Shown here: piece after piece, positions 26,377-36,213 of the stretch
How the letters are laid out: each line of letters starts with the position of its first letter
Position numbering within the stretch: the first letter of the stretch is position 1
From: Treponemataceae bacterium
GTDB lineage: Bacteria > Spirochaetota > Spirochaetia > Treponematales > Rectinemataceae
NCBI GenBank assembly: GCA_963678065.2
Contig: CAXXVZ010000005.1
Coordinates: 928,001-992,000, forward strand
Direction of reading: 5' to 3'
DNA: 64,000 nucleotides
Translations under genes and position numbers: made by a program
Notes under the pieces: model-generated
The model's input: only the letters and a program-made list of their open reading frames with translations
Told to the model about the DNA's origin: nothing
The model's database searches: none

Positions 26377-27801
26377 ATGGAAATTCGAGGGTTCATGACC
26401 GATATGGTGCTTTCGGAACTCGAGGATATCGTCGGCGCGGCCAATGTGAGTCAGCGCGACAGCGACAAGATCGCGTACGGCGTCGACTACTTCTGGGTGG
26501 GCAGAATGTGGGCGGACAGAGGAAAAACCCTCCCCTCGCCGGACTTCATTGTCAGACCCGCCACCGCCGTCGAGGTCTCGAAGATTTTGAAAATCGCGAA
26601 TTACTACAAGATTCCCGTACACACCTGGGGCGGCGGCTCCGGGTCTCAAGGGGGGGCGCTGCCCATGTCGGGCGGAATGATACTGGACACGAAACGCATG
26701 AATCATGTCGTCGAATACGACGAAGTCTCGATGAAGGTGACGGTCGAGGCGGGGATGAATTTCCAGCAGCTCGAGTGGTACGCGAACGAACGCGGGCACT
26801 CCCTCATGCACTACCCCAGTTCCCTCACCTGCGCGACCGTGGGCGGTTTTCTCGCGCACCGGGGCATCGGCGTGCTCTCCAACAAGTACGGCAAGATCGA
26901 CGACATGTGCCTCAACATGGAAATCGTGCTTCCCGACAGCAGCGTCATAAACACCCTCCCCGTTCCGAAACACGCGGCGGGGCCGGACCTCGCCCAGATC
27001 TTCATCGGTTCCGAAGGCACCCTCGGAATCATCACGAAGGCGACGTTCAAGCTCTACGAGCAGCCCGAAGAGAGGCGGTTCCGGGCATTCATTTTCAAAG
27101 ACATTTCTTCGGGCATAGCCGCGGGCAAAGAGATCATGAGAAAGGTCAAACCCTCGATCATCCGCCTGTACGACGAGGCGGAGACGGCCTCCATCATCAA
27201 GGAAGTCCTCGGCGTGGCGAAAAAGGGCGCCTTCATGAATATCGCCGTGGAGGGAATCTCCGAGATGGTCGAACTCGAAGAGCGGATCATTGTCGAGTCC
27301 TGTCTGAAGCACGGGGGCGAAGACTTGGGGGGCGAGTGGGGCAAGAAGTGGTGGGACAACCGCATTACCTTCTTCTACCCCGGGCACATCATGGACATCC
27401 CCCAGATGTTCGGGACGATGGATTCGGTCGCCGCGTACGCGGATATCGAGAAAGTCTACTGGGCCATGAAGCATGCGATAGAAGACAATTTCCCGGAGGT
27501 CCGGTTCATAGCCCACTTTTCGCACTGGTACGAGTGGGGATGCATGATCTACGACCGCTTCATCATGGACAAGCCGCCCGAAGATCCGCGGGAAGCCATC
27601 CTCCTGCACAACCGCATCTGGAATGCCGGCGTGCGGGCGGCGCTCGCGAACGGAGGCGTGATCAATGATCATCACGGCGTCGGCCTCAAGCTCTCCAGGC
27701 TCATGAAGGAGCAGTACGGCCCGGCCATGAAGGTGTTCGAGGGGATAAAGAAAGCCGTCGATCCCAACGGGATCATGAATCCCTGGAAGATGGGGGTTTG
27801 A
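26377..27801 (+). CDS. FAD-linked oxidoreductase (YgcU/AGPS/GlcD-like)
   Basis: WGGGSGSQGG, ATVGG, AAGPDL..IFIGSEGTLGIIT, HHGVG, DPNGIMNP. Confidence 0.88.
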   Translation: MEIRGFMTDMVLSELEDIVGAANVSQRDSDKIAYGVDYFWVGRMWADRGKTLPSPDFIVRPATAVEVSKILKIANYYKIPVHTWGGGSGSQGGALPMSGGMILDTKRMNHVVEYDEVSMKVTVEAGMNFQQLEWYANERGHSLMHYPSSLTCATVGGFLAHRGIGVLSNKYGKIDDMCLNMEIVLPDSSVINTLPVPKHAAGPDLAQIFIGSEGTLGIITKATFKLYEQPEERRFRAFIFKDISSGIAAGKEIMRKVKPSIIRLYDEAETASIIKEVLGVAKKGAFMNIAVEGISEMVELEERIIVESCLKHGGEDLGGEWGKKWWDNRITFFYPGHIMDIPQMFGTMDSVAAYADIEKVYWAMKHAIEDNFPEVRFIAHFSHWYEWGCMIYDRFIMDKPPEDPREAILLHNRIWNAGVRAALANGGVINDHHGVGLKLSRLMKEQYGPAMKVFEGIKKAVDPNGIMNPWKMGV

Positions 27802-27802
27802 G

Positions 27803-28933
27803 ATGAAGGAGGGATCGCCGATGTTTTCCGGAAAAGCCAGAAAGAACGCCGACGCGTGCAGATTCTGCTGGATGTGCAGACACCTCTGCCCCGTGGGGCT
27901 CGTGACCGGAAGGGAGACGAACACGCCGCGGGCGAAGGGTCTCATGGTATCCCTTGTCGAAAGGGGCTACGGATACACTCCCGAGATGGCCGCGGACATG
28001 TACGAATGCTGCCTCTGCGAGGCATGCACGACAGACTGCGCGACCGGTTTCGAGCCGCCTTCGTACATCAGGGAAGCGAGGACCAGGGCCGTCGTTGACG
28101 GGATCGCGCCGCCAGCGGTGGAAAAGTCGATCGATGCCCTTCTGGAAAAAGGCAATCTGTACGGATCGGAACGGGAAGAGTGGATGCGCGGTTTCGAGGA
28201 AGAGACGCGCGGCCTTCCCTCAAAGGCGCCCGTGGCTCTCCACATAGGCGCGACAATCGCGTACAGGGAGCCAGAGATCGCCGTCGCCGCGATCCGCCTT
28301 CTGAAAAAAGCGAAAGTCGACTTCTGCGTTATCGAGGGCGAATTGCCGACGGGCGCCGAGTTCGGGGACTTGATGGGCTTCGTCGACGAAGTGCGGACAG
28401 TCGCCAGGGCGGCCGTCGCGCAGATAGATGCGACGGGAGCGGGCAGGCTCGTGGTCCTCGATCCGAGCTGCGCCAGGCTCTTCATCCGCGAGTGCGGAGA
28501 ATGGGGCTGCAAGCCGGCGGCAGAAGTGGTCACGGCCACCGCCTTCTTCGCTGGCCTCCTGAAATCGGGACAGCTGCACCCTGCGCCACTTGCGCCCGGC
28601 GCAGTGACATTCCATGATCCCTGCAGGCTGGCGCGGGATCTGGATGAGACCGGGCCAGCGAGGGAAATTATCGCGGCGACGGGACTCGAGCTCAAGGAGA
28701 TGTTCCGCAGGGGCCGCGACACGAAGTGCTGCGGAGGTGTGGTGTTGCAGGGCCATTCCCCGAAGCTCACCGGGCTCACCTCGGCGGGGCGCTGGGAAGA
28801 CGCTGTGAGAACCGGCGCGACGACGCTCGTGACGGCCTGCCCCGGATGCCGCGACGTGCTGAAGAAAACGGCGCCCGAAGGCATGAAGGTCGAGGACATC
28901 TTCGTCCTTCTGGCGCGAGCCTGCGGGGTTTGA
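27803..28933 (+). CDS. Fe-S protein with CCG domains (GlpC/GlcF-like)
   Basis: CRFCWMCRHLCP, CCLCEACTTDC, FHDPCRLAR, CCGG, TACPGC. Confidence 0.88.
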   Translation: MKEGSPMFSGKARKNADACRFCWMCRHLCPVGLVTGRETNTPRAKGLMVSLVERGYGYTPEMAADMYECCLCEACTTDCATGFEPPSYIREARTRAVVDGIAPPAVEKSIDALLEKGNLYGSEREEWMRGFEEETRGLPSKAPVALHIGATIAYREPEIAVAAIRLLKKAKVDFCVIEGELPTGAEFGDLMGFVDEVRTVARAAVAQIDATGAGRLVVLDPSCARLFIRECGEWGCKPAAEVVTATAFFAGLLKSGQLHPAPLAPGAVTFHDPCRLARDLDETGPAREIIAATGLELKEMFRRGRDTKCCGGVVLQGHSPKLTGLTSAGRWEDAVRTGATTLVTACPGCRDVLKKTAPEGMKVEDIFVLLARACGV

Positions 28934-29012
28934 GTCCGCAGCCGGGCATGGGTCCGCGTCCGAACCTCAGTCTGTGGCGGAGGCGGGCCGATTCCCGCGA
29001 CAAGGAGACCTG

Positions 29013-30530
29013 ATGGGCGATACCTACCTCCTCGGCGTCGATTTCGGCGGGGGCGGATCGAAGGCGACCCTGCTTTCGGACGAGGGCCGCGTGGTCGCCG
29101 TCGCGACGAAAGAGTACGCGACGAGCCATCCTCACGAGGGCTGGGCCGAACAGGATCCGCGGGAAGTGTACGGCGCCTTCGTCGCCGTCGTGCGCGAGAT
29201 TCTGGGCTCATCCGGAATAAAGCCGGAAAAAATCGCGGCCATCTGCCTCGACGCGGGGACGCACATCGCCGTCCTTCTCGACAAACACGGCGAAGTTGTC
29301 AGGGACGCGATTTACTGGAGCGACCGGCGCGCCATCAGGCAATCGGAGTTTCTCCTCGCGGACTGGTCGGACAGGATCATGGAGCTCTGCCTCAACGCGC
29401 CGAGTCCTCTGTGGACCCTGCCCCAGCTCATGTGGATCCGTGAGAACGAGCCGGAAGTCCACGCCGGGATCCGGACAGTCATGTTCTTGAAGGATTTCGT
29501 GCGATACAGGCTGACCGGCGAGATTGTCACCGATTCGATCGACGCGATGGGAAGCCTCCTCATGGACGAGGGCTCGGGGAAGTGGTCGGACGAGCTGTGC
29601 GCCCTCGCGGGCATCACCGCGTCCATGCTTCCCCGCATCGCCGATCCGAGCGAAATCGCGGGGACCGTCGACGCTCGGGCCGCGGCAGAAACAGGCCTCG
29701 CGAGAGGCACGCCCGTGCTGGCCGGCGCCACCGACACGGCCATGGAAGTATACGCTTCGGGCGCGATATCTCCCGGACAGGCCACCGTCAAGCTCGCGAC
29801 TGCGGGCAGGATTTGCCCTGTCACAGACCACGGCATGCCCCATCCTATGCTGGTGAACTACCGGCACATCGTACCCGGTCTCTGGTATCCCGGCACTGCC
29901 ACAAAATCCTGCGCCGCCTCCTACCGGTGGTACAGGGACGTTCTGTGCGAAGGGGAGCGATCGCGCGCGGCAGTCCTGCACGAGGATCCCTACAACCTCA
30001 TGAGCGGGGAAGCCGCCTCGATTCCGCCCGGCTCGGACGGGCTCTTCTTTCACCCCTACCTCCAGGGAGAGATGACCCCCTACCTCGACAACGATCTGCG
30101 GGGAAGTTTCACCGGCCTGTCCTCTTTCCACGGCAAGGCACATTTCACGCGCGCGGTGCTCGAAGGCGTAGCCTATTCCCTCCTGGACTGCATGGACGTA
30201 CTGCGCTCACTCGGGATCGAGCTTCGCAAGGCGATCGTGATAGGCGGAGGGGCCTCCAGCCCTCTGTGGCGCGGCATACTGGCAGACATGCTCGGCATCG
30301 AACTCGCAAAGAACGAGAACGACGACTCGTCTTCCTTGGGCTCGGCGATGCTTGCAGGCGTAGCTGTCGGCGTTTTCGATTCGTTCGAGGACAGTGTCCG
30401 GAAGTGCGTCCGCGTCCGCGAGATTGTCGCGCCAAATGAACGGAATCACGAATTCTATAAAAACAAATTCATTATATACAAAGAAATACATGACGCCCTC
30501 GCTCCCGTGTACAAAAAACATTCCCACTGA
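29013..30530 (+). CDS. FGGY-family carbohydrate kinase (xylulokinase-like)
   Basis: LGVDFGGGGSKA, WAEQDP, PYLQGE, RAVLEGVA, GGGASS. Confidence 0.9.
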   Translation: MGDTYLLGVDFGGGGSKATLLSDEGRVVAVATKEYATSHPHEGWAEQDPREVYGAFVAVVREILGSSGIKPEKIAAICLDAGTHIAVLLDKHGEVVRDAIYWSDRRAIRQSEFLLADWSDRIMELCLNAPSPLWTLPQLMWIRENEPEVHAGIRTVMFLKDFVRYRLTGEIVTDSIDAMGSLLMDEGSGKWSDELCALAGITASMLPRIADPSEIAGTVDARAAAETGLARGTPVLAGATDTAMEVYASGAISPGQATVKLATAGRICPVTDHGMPHPMLVNYRHIVPGLWYPGTATKSCAASYRWYRDVLCEGERSRAAVLHEDPYNLMSGEAASIPPGSDGLFFHPYLQGEMTPYLDNDLRGSFTGLSSFHGKAHFTRAVLEGVAYSLLDCMDVLRSLGIELRKAIVIGGGASSPLWRGILADMLGIELAKNENDDSSSLGSAMLAGVAVGVFDSFEDSVRKCVRVREIVAPNERNHEFYKNKFIIYKEIHDALAPVYKKHSH

Positions 30531-30545
30531 GGGCCGGGCAGAGCC

Positions 30546-31358
30546 ATGAAACGCGTCGTCGTCTGCATGAAGCAGGTTCCCTCCAGCGCCAGTGTCGGTT
30601 TCGATCCGGAAACCAACAATCTCGACCGATCGGCCGCGCCGACCATGACGAACCCGGCTGACTCGTGCGCCCTCGAGGCGGCCCTCGCGTGCAGGGACTC
30701 GACGGGCTGCGAGGTGTCGGTCGTCACCATGGGAAGACAGAGCGCCGTCGCCCTCCTGCGCGAGGCTGCGGAACGCGGCGCGACCGGACTGTATCTCGTT
30801 TCGGACCCCGCCTTCGCGGGATCGGACACTCTCGCCACCGCGACCATCCTCCGACGCACGCTGGAATACATAGGCGGCGCGGACCTCGTGATCTGCGGAC
30901 GGCGCTCCATCGACGGCGAGACGGGGCAGACCGCGCCCGAGCTCGCCGAACTCCTCGCCTTGCCCTGCGTCACGAACGTGGTCGGAATCGAGTTGGCCGG
31001 AGAGACCGCGATCCGATGCACACGCCTCGCGGATCGTCGCTCAGAGACCGTCGAGATGTCGCTGCCGGGGCTCGTGACCGTCTGCGAGGGGATGAACAGG
31101 CTCAGGCCGGCGAGCATCGCGTGCATGCGAAGAGCGCGGACAATCCCGATCGGGCGAATCGACAACAACTCGCTCCGGATCGACGCGGCGTCGATCGGCC
31201 CGGCCGGTTCCGCCACCAGGGTCCGCAAGCTCTTTCCTCCGGTGGACGATGCGAGACGATGCATTCCCGAGATGGACCCTGACCTGGGCGCGCGGATCGC
31301 CTGCGAAAAAATCGCGGGAATTCTTGGGCTGAACGGTATGGATGCGGGTACAAAATGA
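30546..31358 (+). CDS. etfB: Electron transfer flavoprotein beta subunit
   Basis: VCMKQVP, FAGSDTLAT, DGETGQ. Confidence 0.9.
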   Translation: MKRVVVCMKQVPSSASVGFDPETNNLDRSAAPTMTNPADSCALEAALACRDSTGCEVSVVTMGRQSAVALLREAAERGATGLYLVSDPAFAGSDTLATATILRRTLEYIGGADLVICGRRSIDGETGQTAPELAELLALPCVTNVVGIELAGETAIRCTRLADRRSETVEMSLPGLVTVCEGMNRLRPASIACMRRARTIPIGRIDNNSLRIDAASIGPAGSATRVRKLFPPVDDARRCIPEMDPDLGARIACEKIAGILGLNGMDAGTK

Positions 31359-32461
31359 GCACGGATAAGGGCATGAACATGGACCGCAAGGATATATGGG
31401 TCGTGTGCGAAAGCGCGGCGAACGCGGTGCTTGGCTCCTCGCTCGAACTCGTCGGCGAGGCAGCAGCGCTGGCGCGATCGGCTCATGAAGCGGCGGCCGA
31501 CCACGCGGGGCATTTTCCCCGCTCCGTCACCGCGCTTCTGTTTGCCGACAGCCGCGGCCCCGCAGCGGGGAGCATCGACGCGCTGGCGGCCTCGGGCGCG
31601 GACAGGGTTTACATTCTCGAGGTCCCGGGTGCCGCCGGCCCGGACGAAGGCGAGCGCTGTTCAGACGACAGCGTCTTCGCCAGGGCGATCGCGCGGGCGG
31701 CGGAGCGCGAACGGCCGGACATTGTGCTCATGGCGGCGACTGTTTTCGGAAGGTCGGTCATGCCGCGTGTCGCCGCCCGCCTTCGGACGGGACTGACGGC
31801 GGACTGCACGGCCCTGCGCCTCGAAGAGGACGGAACCCTCGTGCAGACGCGCCCCGCCTACGGCGCGAATCTTCTCGCGGAGGTTGTCTGCGGTACAGCC
31901 AGACCGCAGATGGCCACGGTCAGGCCGGGAGTATTCCGCGCGCCGGAACCCGACCCGGCCAGAAGGGCGGATATCGTCAGGCTGCAGTCCGGTTTCAGGG
32001 ACCCCGGACTCGTGCGGCTGTTGCGCAGGGACGAGGCAAAAGATTCCGGCAGCGATCTTTCATCCGCGCGCTTCGTCGTTGCGGGGGGGCGCGGAGTCGG
32101 ATCCAAAGAGGGATTCAGAACGCTCGAGCGTCTGGCAAAAGCGCTGGGAGGCGCGGTCGGGGCATCCCGCTCGGCGGTCGAAGCGGGATATGCCCCGTAC
32201 TCGAAGCAGGTCGGACAGACCGGACTGACCATCCGTCCGGAACTATACCTGGCCTGCGGGATATCGGGATCGGTCCAGCACCTCGCGGGCATGTCGGGGG
32301 CCGGCTGCGTCATCGCCATCAACGCGGACAGAAATGCGCCGATTTTCGACCACGCGGACTACGGCATTGTGGGAGATCTCCGCGTTGTCGTCGAAGCGAT
32401 GATCAAGATTCTGGAGTCTCACTCCGGAAGCACCCTCGATTCCGCTCTCACATGTCCATGA
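31355..32461 (+). CDS. etfA: Electron transfer flavoprotein alpha subunit
   Basis: GLTADCT, RPQMATVRPG, QVGQTG, GISGSVQHLAGM. Confidence 0.92.
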   Translation: MSTDKGMNMDRKDIWVVCESAANAVLGSSLELVGEAAALARSAHEAAADHAGHFPRSVTALLFADSRGPAAGSIDALAASGADRVYILEVPGAAGPDEGERCSDDSVFARAIARAAERERPDIVLMAATVFGRSVMPRVAARLRTGLTADCTALRLEEDGTLVQTRPAYGANLLAEVVCGTARPQMATVRPGVFRAPEPDPARRADIVRLQSGFRDPGLVRLLRRDEAKDSGSDLSSARFVVAGGRGVGSKEGFRTLERLAKALGGAVGASRSAVEAGYAPYSKQVGQTGLTIRPELYLACGISGSVQHLAGMSGAGCVIAINADRNAPIFDHADYGIVGDLRVVVEAMIKILESHSGSTLDSALTCP

Positions 32462-33419
32462 TGGCGCTGTAGACTGACATCGCATCCCGCCTCGCGAGGG
32501 ATTCGTCGACGCCGCGCAGCTTCAGATTCCCGGCGATGGTCCGCGCCTTCTCGGTGGCTTTGATGCACAGGGCGCAGGCAGCGGCCGGGTCCACCCGGTG
32601 GGGAAAGATGTCGAGCGAGAGCCAACCCCGGTACGAGCTTCGGTCGAGCCAGAGGCAGAACTCCACGAGCTCCCACCAGTGCGAAACTCCGGCGGCCATG
32701 TCCCAGTCCCAGTCTCCCAGGTTGTCGTTCAGGTGAATGTGTCCGAGTTTGCCGTACGAAGCGAGGAGCGCGGCGGATTGGCTCGGGTTTTCGCCGCCAA
32801 GGATCGCGTGTCCGAAGTCGAGGGTGACGCGGAGATTCGGGGCGCCGGCGGCCATGACAGCGAGCAGGGTTTGTGACGCGGAGTTCGGGACATTCCGCAC
32901 ACGGGGTTCCTTTGCCTTGTACTCCACCGAAAGGCAGACCTCGGGAACGGCCGCCGCGCTCTCCTTCAGCCCCGAGACCAGGTCTTCCCAGAGTCGGGCA
33001 TAGTCAGCCTCGAAGGGATAATCGAAGCCGTCCTGCCCCATCCAGAGGTTCACGAGGCCGACGTTCATCGCTTTGGCGCAGGCCAGGCAGTCGGCGATCC
33101 TCGCGATCGCCTCGTCGCGGAGCTCTTTGCGCGGATTCGTGATGGAGCCCTGGGCCCAGCGCCTGTCGCCTGTGACGTTCACTGCCAGGGCGCTCACGGC
33201 GAGTCCCCGGTCGGCGGTGAACCGCGCGATGTCGCCTGAGGTTTCCGGGGTCACCGCTCCGGGCGCGAATGGCAGCTCGACGCCCGAGCATCCGGGCACT
33301 TTCGACGCCGACTCGATCTGGCTTTCGAGCGAAGGCCGGTCTCTGTAACCATGTGCCATATAGCGGTCAGGGACAGCGCCGAAGGCCCAGGTTCCGATGG
33401 AATAGCGGAAGGTTTCCAT
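32448..33419 (-). CDS. Xylose-isomerase-like TIM-barrel sugar isomerase
   Basis: LWMGQDG, EYKAKEPR, DFGH, HLNDN. Confidence 0.85.
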   Translation of the reverse strand: METFRYSIGTWAFGAVPDRYMAHGYRDRPSLESQIESASKVPGCSGVELPFAPGAVTPETSGDIARFTADRGLAVSALAVNVTGDRRWAQGSITNPRKELRDEAIARIADCLACAKAMNVGLVNLWMGQDGFDYPFEADYARLWEDLVSGLKESAAAVPEVCLSVEYKAKEPRVRNVPNSASQTLLAVMAAGAPNLRVTLDFGHAILGGENPSQSAALLASYGKLGHIHLNDNLGDWDWDMAAGVSHWWELVEFCLWLDRSSYRGWLSLDIFPHRVDPAAACALCIKATEKARTIAGNLKLRGVDESLARRDAMSVYSAIMDM

Positions 33420-33420
33420 G

Positions 33421-34302
33421 TCAGACCGCCTTTCCGGATCTGGCGGCGCGAGCGTCGGCGGAACCGCTGGCGGAACTACCTGCGCCGGCGCGCAAAAGCT
33501 TCAGCGCGAGGAATTCGGCGCAATCCCTCGCGCATTCGGTTGGAGTTCCCACCGGTTTTGCCTCCATGGAGAGATAGCCCTCGTAGCCCACTTCGGAGAG
33601 CGCGGCGATGAGGGCGTCGAAGTCGCAATGGCCTTTCCCCGCGCCCCGGCGATTCGAATCCGCCGCGTGGAAATGTCCGATCCGTCCCCGTGCGGCGCGC
33701 AGGGCAACCAGGGGATCGGGGTCTTCGATATTCATGTGGAACTGGTCGAGAAGAAGCATGGTTCCGTCGAGCTTGTAGTCGTGCAGGAACTCGAGGCACT
33801 CGAGGGTCGTATTCAGGGTGTTCACCTCGAAACGGTTGATGGGCTCGAGGCAGAGCGTTATTCCGCGTCCGGCACCGTATTCCGAAAGCCGCGCCACGCT
33901 GTCCGCCAACACCGAAAAGTAGTGTTTCCACGAGCGGTCAGCGGCTTTCATGCCCCTGCTGAAGCCGATGGGCATATAGGGGGCGCCGAAAATCGCCCCG
34001 TTGTCCATCTCCTTCTCGTATTCGGCGATGTAGCTCAATCGTCTTGCATCGACGACATCGGTGAAACTCGAACCTGTCGCCGACAGCGCGATCGGCAGAT
34101 AGTTCACGACTTCGATTCCGTGGCCGCGGAAAAGATCCGCCATGGCCCGGACCTCGTCCCCGGCGATGAAGCCGGAAAACAGGTCGACGCCCTCGTAGCC
34201 GAATGCCGCGCACTCGTCGAGAGCCCGGCCCATATCGCAGCCGTTGTAAACGATGTAGGGAAAAGATGCCGCGTGCGGGCACACCGCGATTCCAAGCTTC
34301 AT
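33421..34302 (-). CDS. Sugar phosphate isomerase/epimerase (ketose 3-epimerase-like)
   Basis: LEPINRFE, DQFHMNIE, HAADSNR, G.G..DF. Confidence 0.88.
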   Translation of the reverse strand: MKLGIAVCPHAASFPYIVYNGCDMGRALDECAAFGYEGVDLFSGFIAGDEVRAMADLFRGHGIEVVNYLPIALSATGSSFTDVVDARRLSYIAEYEKEMDNGAIFGAPYMPIGFSRGMKAADRSWKHYFSVLADSVARLSEYGAGRGITLCLEPINRFEVNTLNTTLECLEFLHDYKLDGTMLLLDQFHMNIEDPDPLVALRAARGRIGHFHAADSNRRGAGKGHCDFDALIAALSEVGYEGYLSMEAKPVGTPTECARDCAEFLALKLLRAGAGSSASGSADARAARSGKAV

Positions 34303-34481
34303 ATGACAGCCTCCATGCACTCACGTTCCGGGTTTTCATGTTCCGTGTATTCACGTTCCGGCGGATCGGCGTATTCCATGTCGACGGACCTGCCCGAGCG
34401 CGAGGATTCGGCGATCGCCTCGATGACGGCGCTGACAATGCCGACGCCTATCCTCTTCCCTTTTTTCCATTGCTCCGACAT
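34299..34481 (-). pseudogene. 60-aa ORF, probable internally deleted Gfo/Idh/MocA oxidoreductase remnant
   Basis: Strong RBS (GGAGG); KRIGVGIV joined directly to AVIEAIAESSRSGRSVD. Confidence 0.55.
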
Positions 34482-34533
34482 ATCGAGTCCTCCCTTGGCA
34501 GCGCCGGTTTCTTCAGAGAAACAGATCCAGCCT

Positions 34534-35202
34534 TTAAAGAAACAGTTCGAGCCTTTCGCCATCCAGCCCGGGGAACGCGCCCCGGACCATGAGCCGGGCG
34601 CAGTCAGGTCGGGCGATCAGCCACTTGTTTCTGGCGAACAAGAGACGGGACTCACCGGAATCGCCCAGTGGATGGTCTGGGTCGAGGGGCAGGTTCGTCC
34701 CCGCAGGCAGGACGACCAGGGAGCGATAGCCCCGCCCGGAAGTCCTGCACGGGGCAAAATGCAGGGTCCCCGCGTACAGCTCGACGGGAACGCCGGCGGG
34801 CAGGAAGAATGATTCGATGGCATCATCATGCAGGTGCCCGTCTTCGAGCCAGGAAGCCCTGGCCAGAAACAGGACAATGTCCGAGTCCGCGACAGTGACC
34901 TCGGGACTCTTGTGGTATTCGAGCGCGTCGAGGCCGGCGGTCATGCCGTTGCAGTACCCGAGCTGCAGGTCCATCGCCCCGAACACTCCGTCCGAGACAG
35001 CGCGACGCAGGGGCAGGGCCTCAAGTTCCGGGAGGGACGGCACATAGACAGCCCCTTCCGGAATGCCGGTCGAGGATTCCAGACAGCGCAGCGCATCGGC
35101 GAAGTCGATGCCCTCCACGACATGGCCGTATTCCCTGAAGCGCCTGTCGTTCGCCGAGAATATCTGATACCTGTTGCGCCCGTTCAAGATTTCCGAGAGC
35201 AT
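34534..35202 (-). CDS. DUF4867-family protein (SqvB/SftX-like)
   Basis: FREYG, QLGYCNG, ALEYHKSPE, ELYAGTLHFAPC, VVLPAGTN, LLFARNKWLIA. Confidence 0.85.
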   Translation of the reverse strand: MLSEILNGRNRYQIFSANDRRFREYGHVVEGIDFADALRCLESSTGIPEGAVYVPSLPELEALPLRRAVSDGVFGAMDLQLGYCNGMTAGLDALEYHKSPEVTVADSDIVLFLARASWLEDGHLHDDAIESFFLPAGVPVELYAGTLHFAPCRTSGRGYRSLVVLPAGTNLPLDPDHPLGDSGESRLLFARNKWLIARPDCARLMVRGAFPGLDGERLELFL

Positions 35203-35217
35203 GGACACCTCCTTTCC

Positions 35218-36213
35218 TCAGGAAGGCTGTTTCAAGTGCGAATCGAAGGCTCTTTCGGGAGCGGAGCGCTGAAGCCGGCGGACGAAAGCGAGGGATTCCT
35301 CCGCGCCTTCGCGCCTGTCCATCCCGTTGTCCTCCCATTCGACCGAGAGGGGGCCCGCGTAGCCGATGTCGTCGAGGGCGCGGATCATCTCTTCGAAATC
35401 CACGTCGCCGCGGCTCACCGACCTGAAGTTCCAGGTGCGGCGGCTGTCGCCGAAGGGCAGGTGAGATCCCAAAAGCCCCCGCCTGCCGTTCTCGCGGATC
35501 GCCACATCCTTCATGTGGGCGTGCCGCACGAAGGGCGCGAATTCCCGGATGAACCCGGCCGGATCTATCCCCTGCCACAGAAGATGGCTGGGATCCACGT
35601 TGAGGCCGAAAGCCTCGTGACGCTCGAGTTCCGCGATCAGGCGCTCAGTCGAGTAAAAGTCGAAGGCGATCTCGGAGGGGTGCGGTTCGAGGGCGAGACT
35701 CACTCCCGCGGAGCGGAATTCGTCCAGGATGGGCCGCCACAGCCCGGCTACACGAGCGTATCCTTCGTCTATCATCGAATCGGGAGTGGGCGGAAACGAG
35801 TAGAGGTATGGCCAGATGGGCGAGCCCATGAAGGTAGTGACCACGGCGCATCCCAGGTTCCTGGCGGCTGCCGGAACGGCCATCATCGAGTCGATGGCCC
35901 ACTGCCTGATGTCTTCGGGTTTTCCCCGCAGCGATTCGGGAACCAGGGCGTCGAGGCGGGGATCGGGCCAATCGGCGACGCACTTGCCGATCGCGTGGGA
36001 GGAGAGCGCCCAGCAGCGCAGCTTTCCCGTCCCGAGCGTGGCGAGAAGCTCGTCGCAATACGCGCGGCTCGCGGCCGCTTTCTCGAGGGAGAGGAATGCG
36101 GGCCTGATGGCGAGTTCGAGCCCGTCGTAGCCCATCGAGGCGGCCGCGTCGCAGAGACCCGCAAGTCCGAGGTCCGACCACTGGCCGCTCGTGAGCGTGA
36201 CGGGGCGCTTCAC
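35218..36213 (-). CDS. Sugar phosphate isomerase/epimerase (IolE/AP endonuclease 2 fold)
   Basis: SGQWSDL, LEPHPSEIAFD, DPSHLLWQG, HMKD, SVEWED; GTGA overlap with the kinase gene. Confidence 0.88.
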   Translation of the reverse strand: MKRPVTLTSGQWSDLGLAGLCDAAASMGYDGLELAIRPAFLSLEKAAASRAYCDELLATLGTGKLRCWALSSHAIGKCVADWPDPRLDALVPESLRGKPEDIRQWAIDSMMAVPAAARNLGCAVVTTFMGSPIWPYLYSFPPTPDSMIDEGYARVAGLWRPILDEFRSAGVSLALEPHPSEIAFDFYSTERLIAELERHEAFGLNVDPSHLLWQGIDPAGFIREFAPFVRHAHMKDVAIRENGRRGLLGSHLPFGDSRRTWNFRSVSRGDVDFEEMIRALDDIGYAGPLSVEWEDNGMDRREGAEESLAFVRRLQRSAPERAFDSHLKQPS

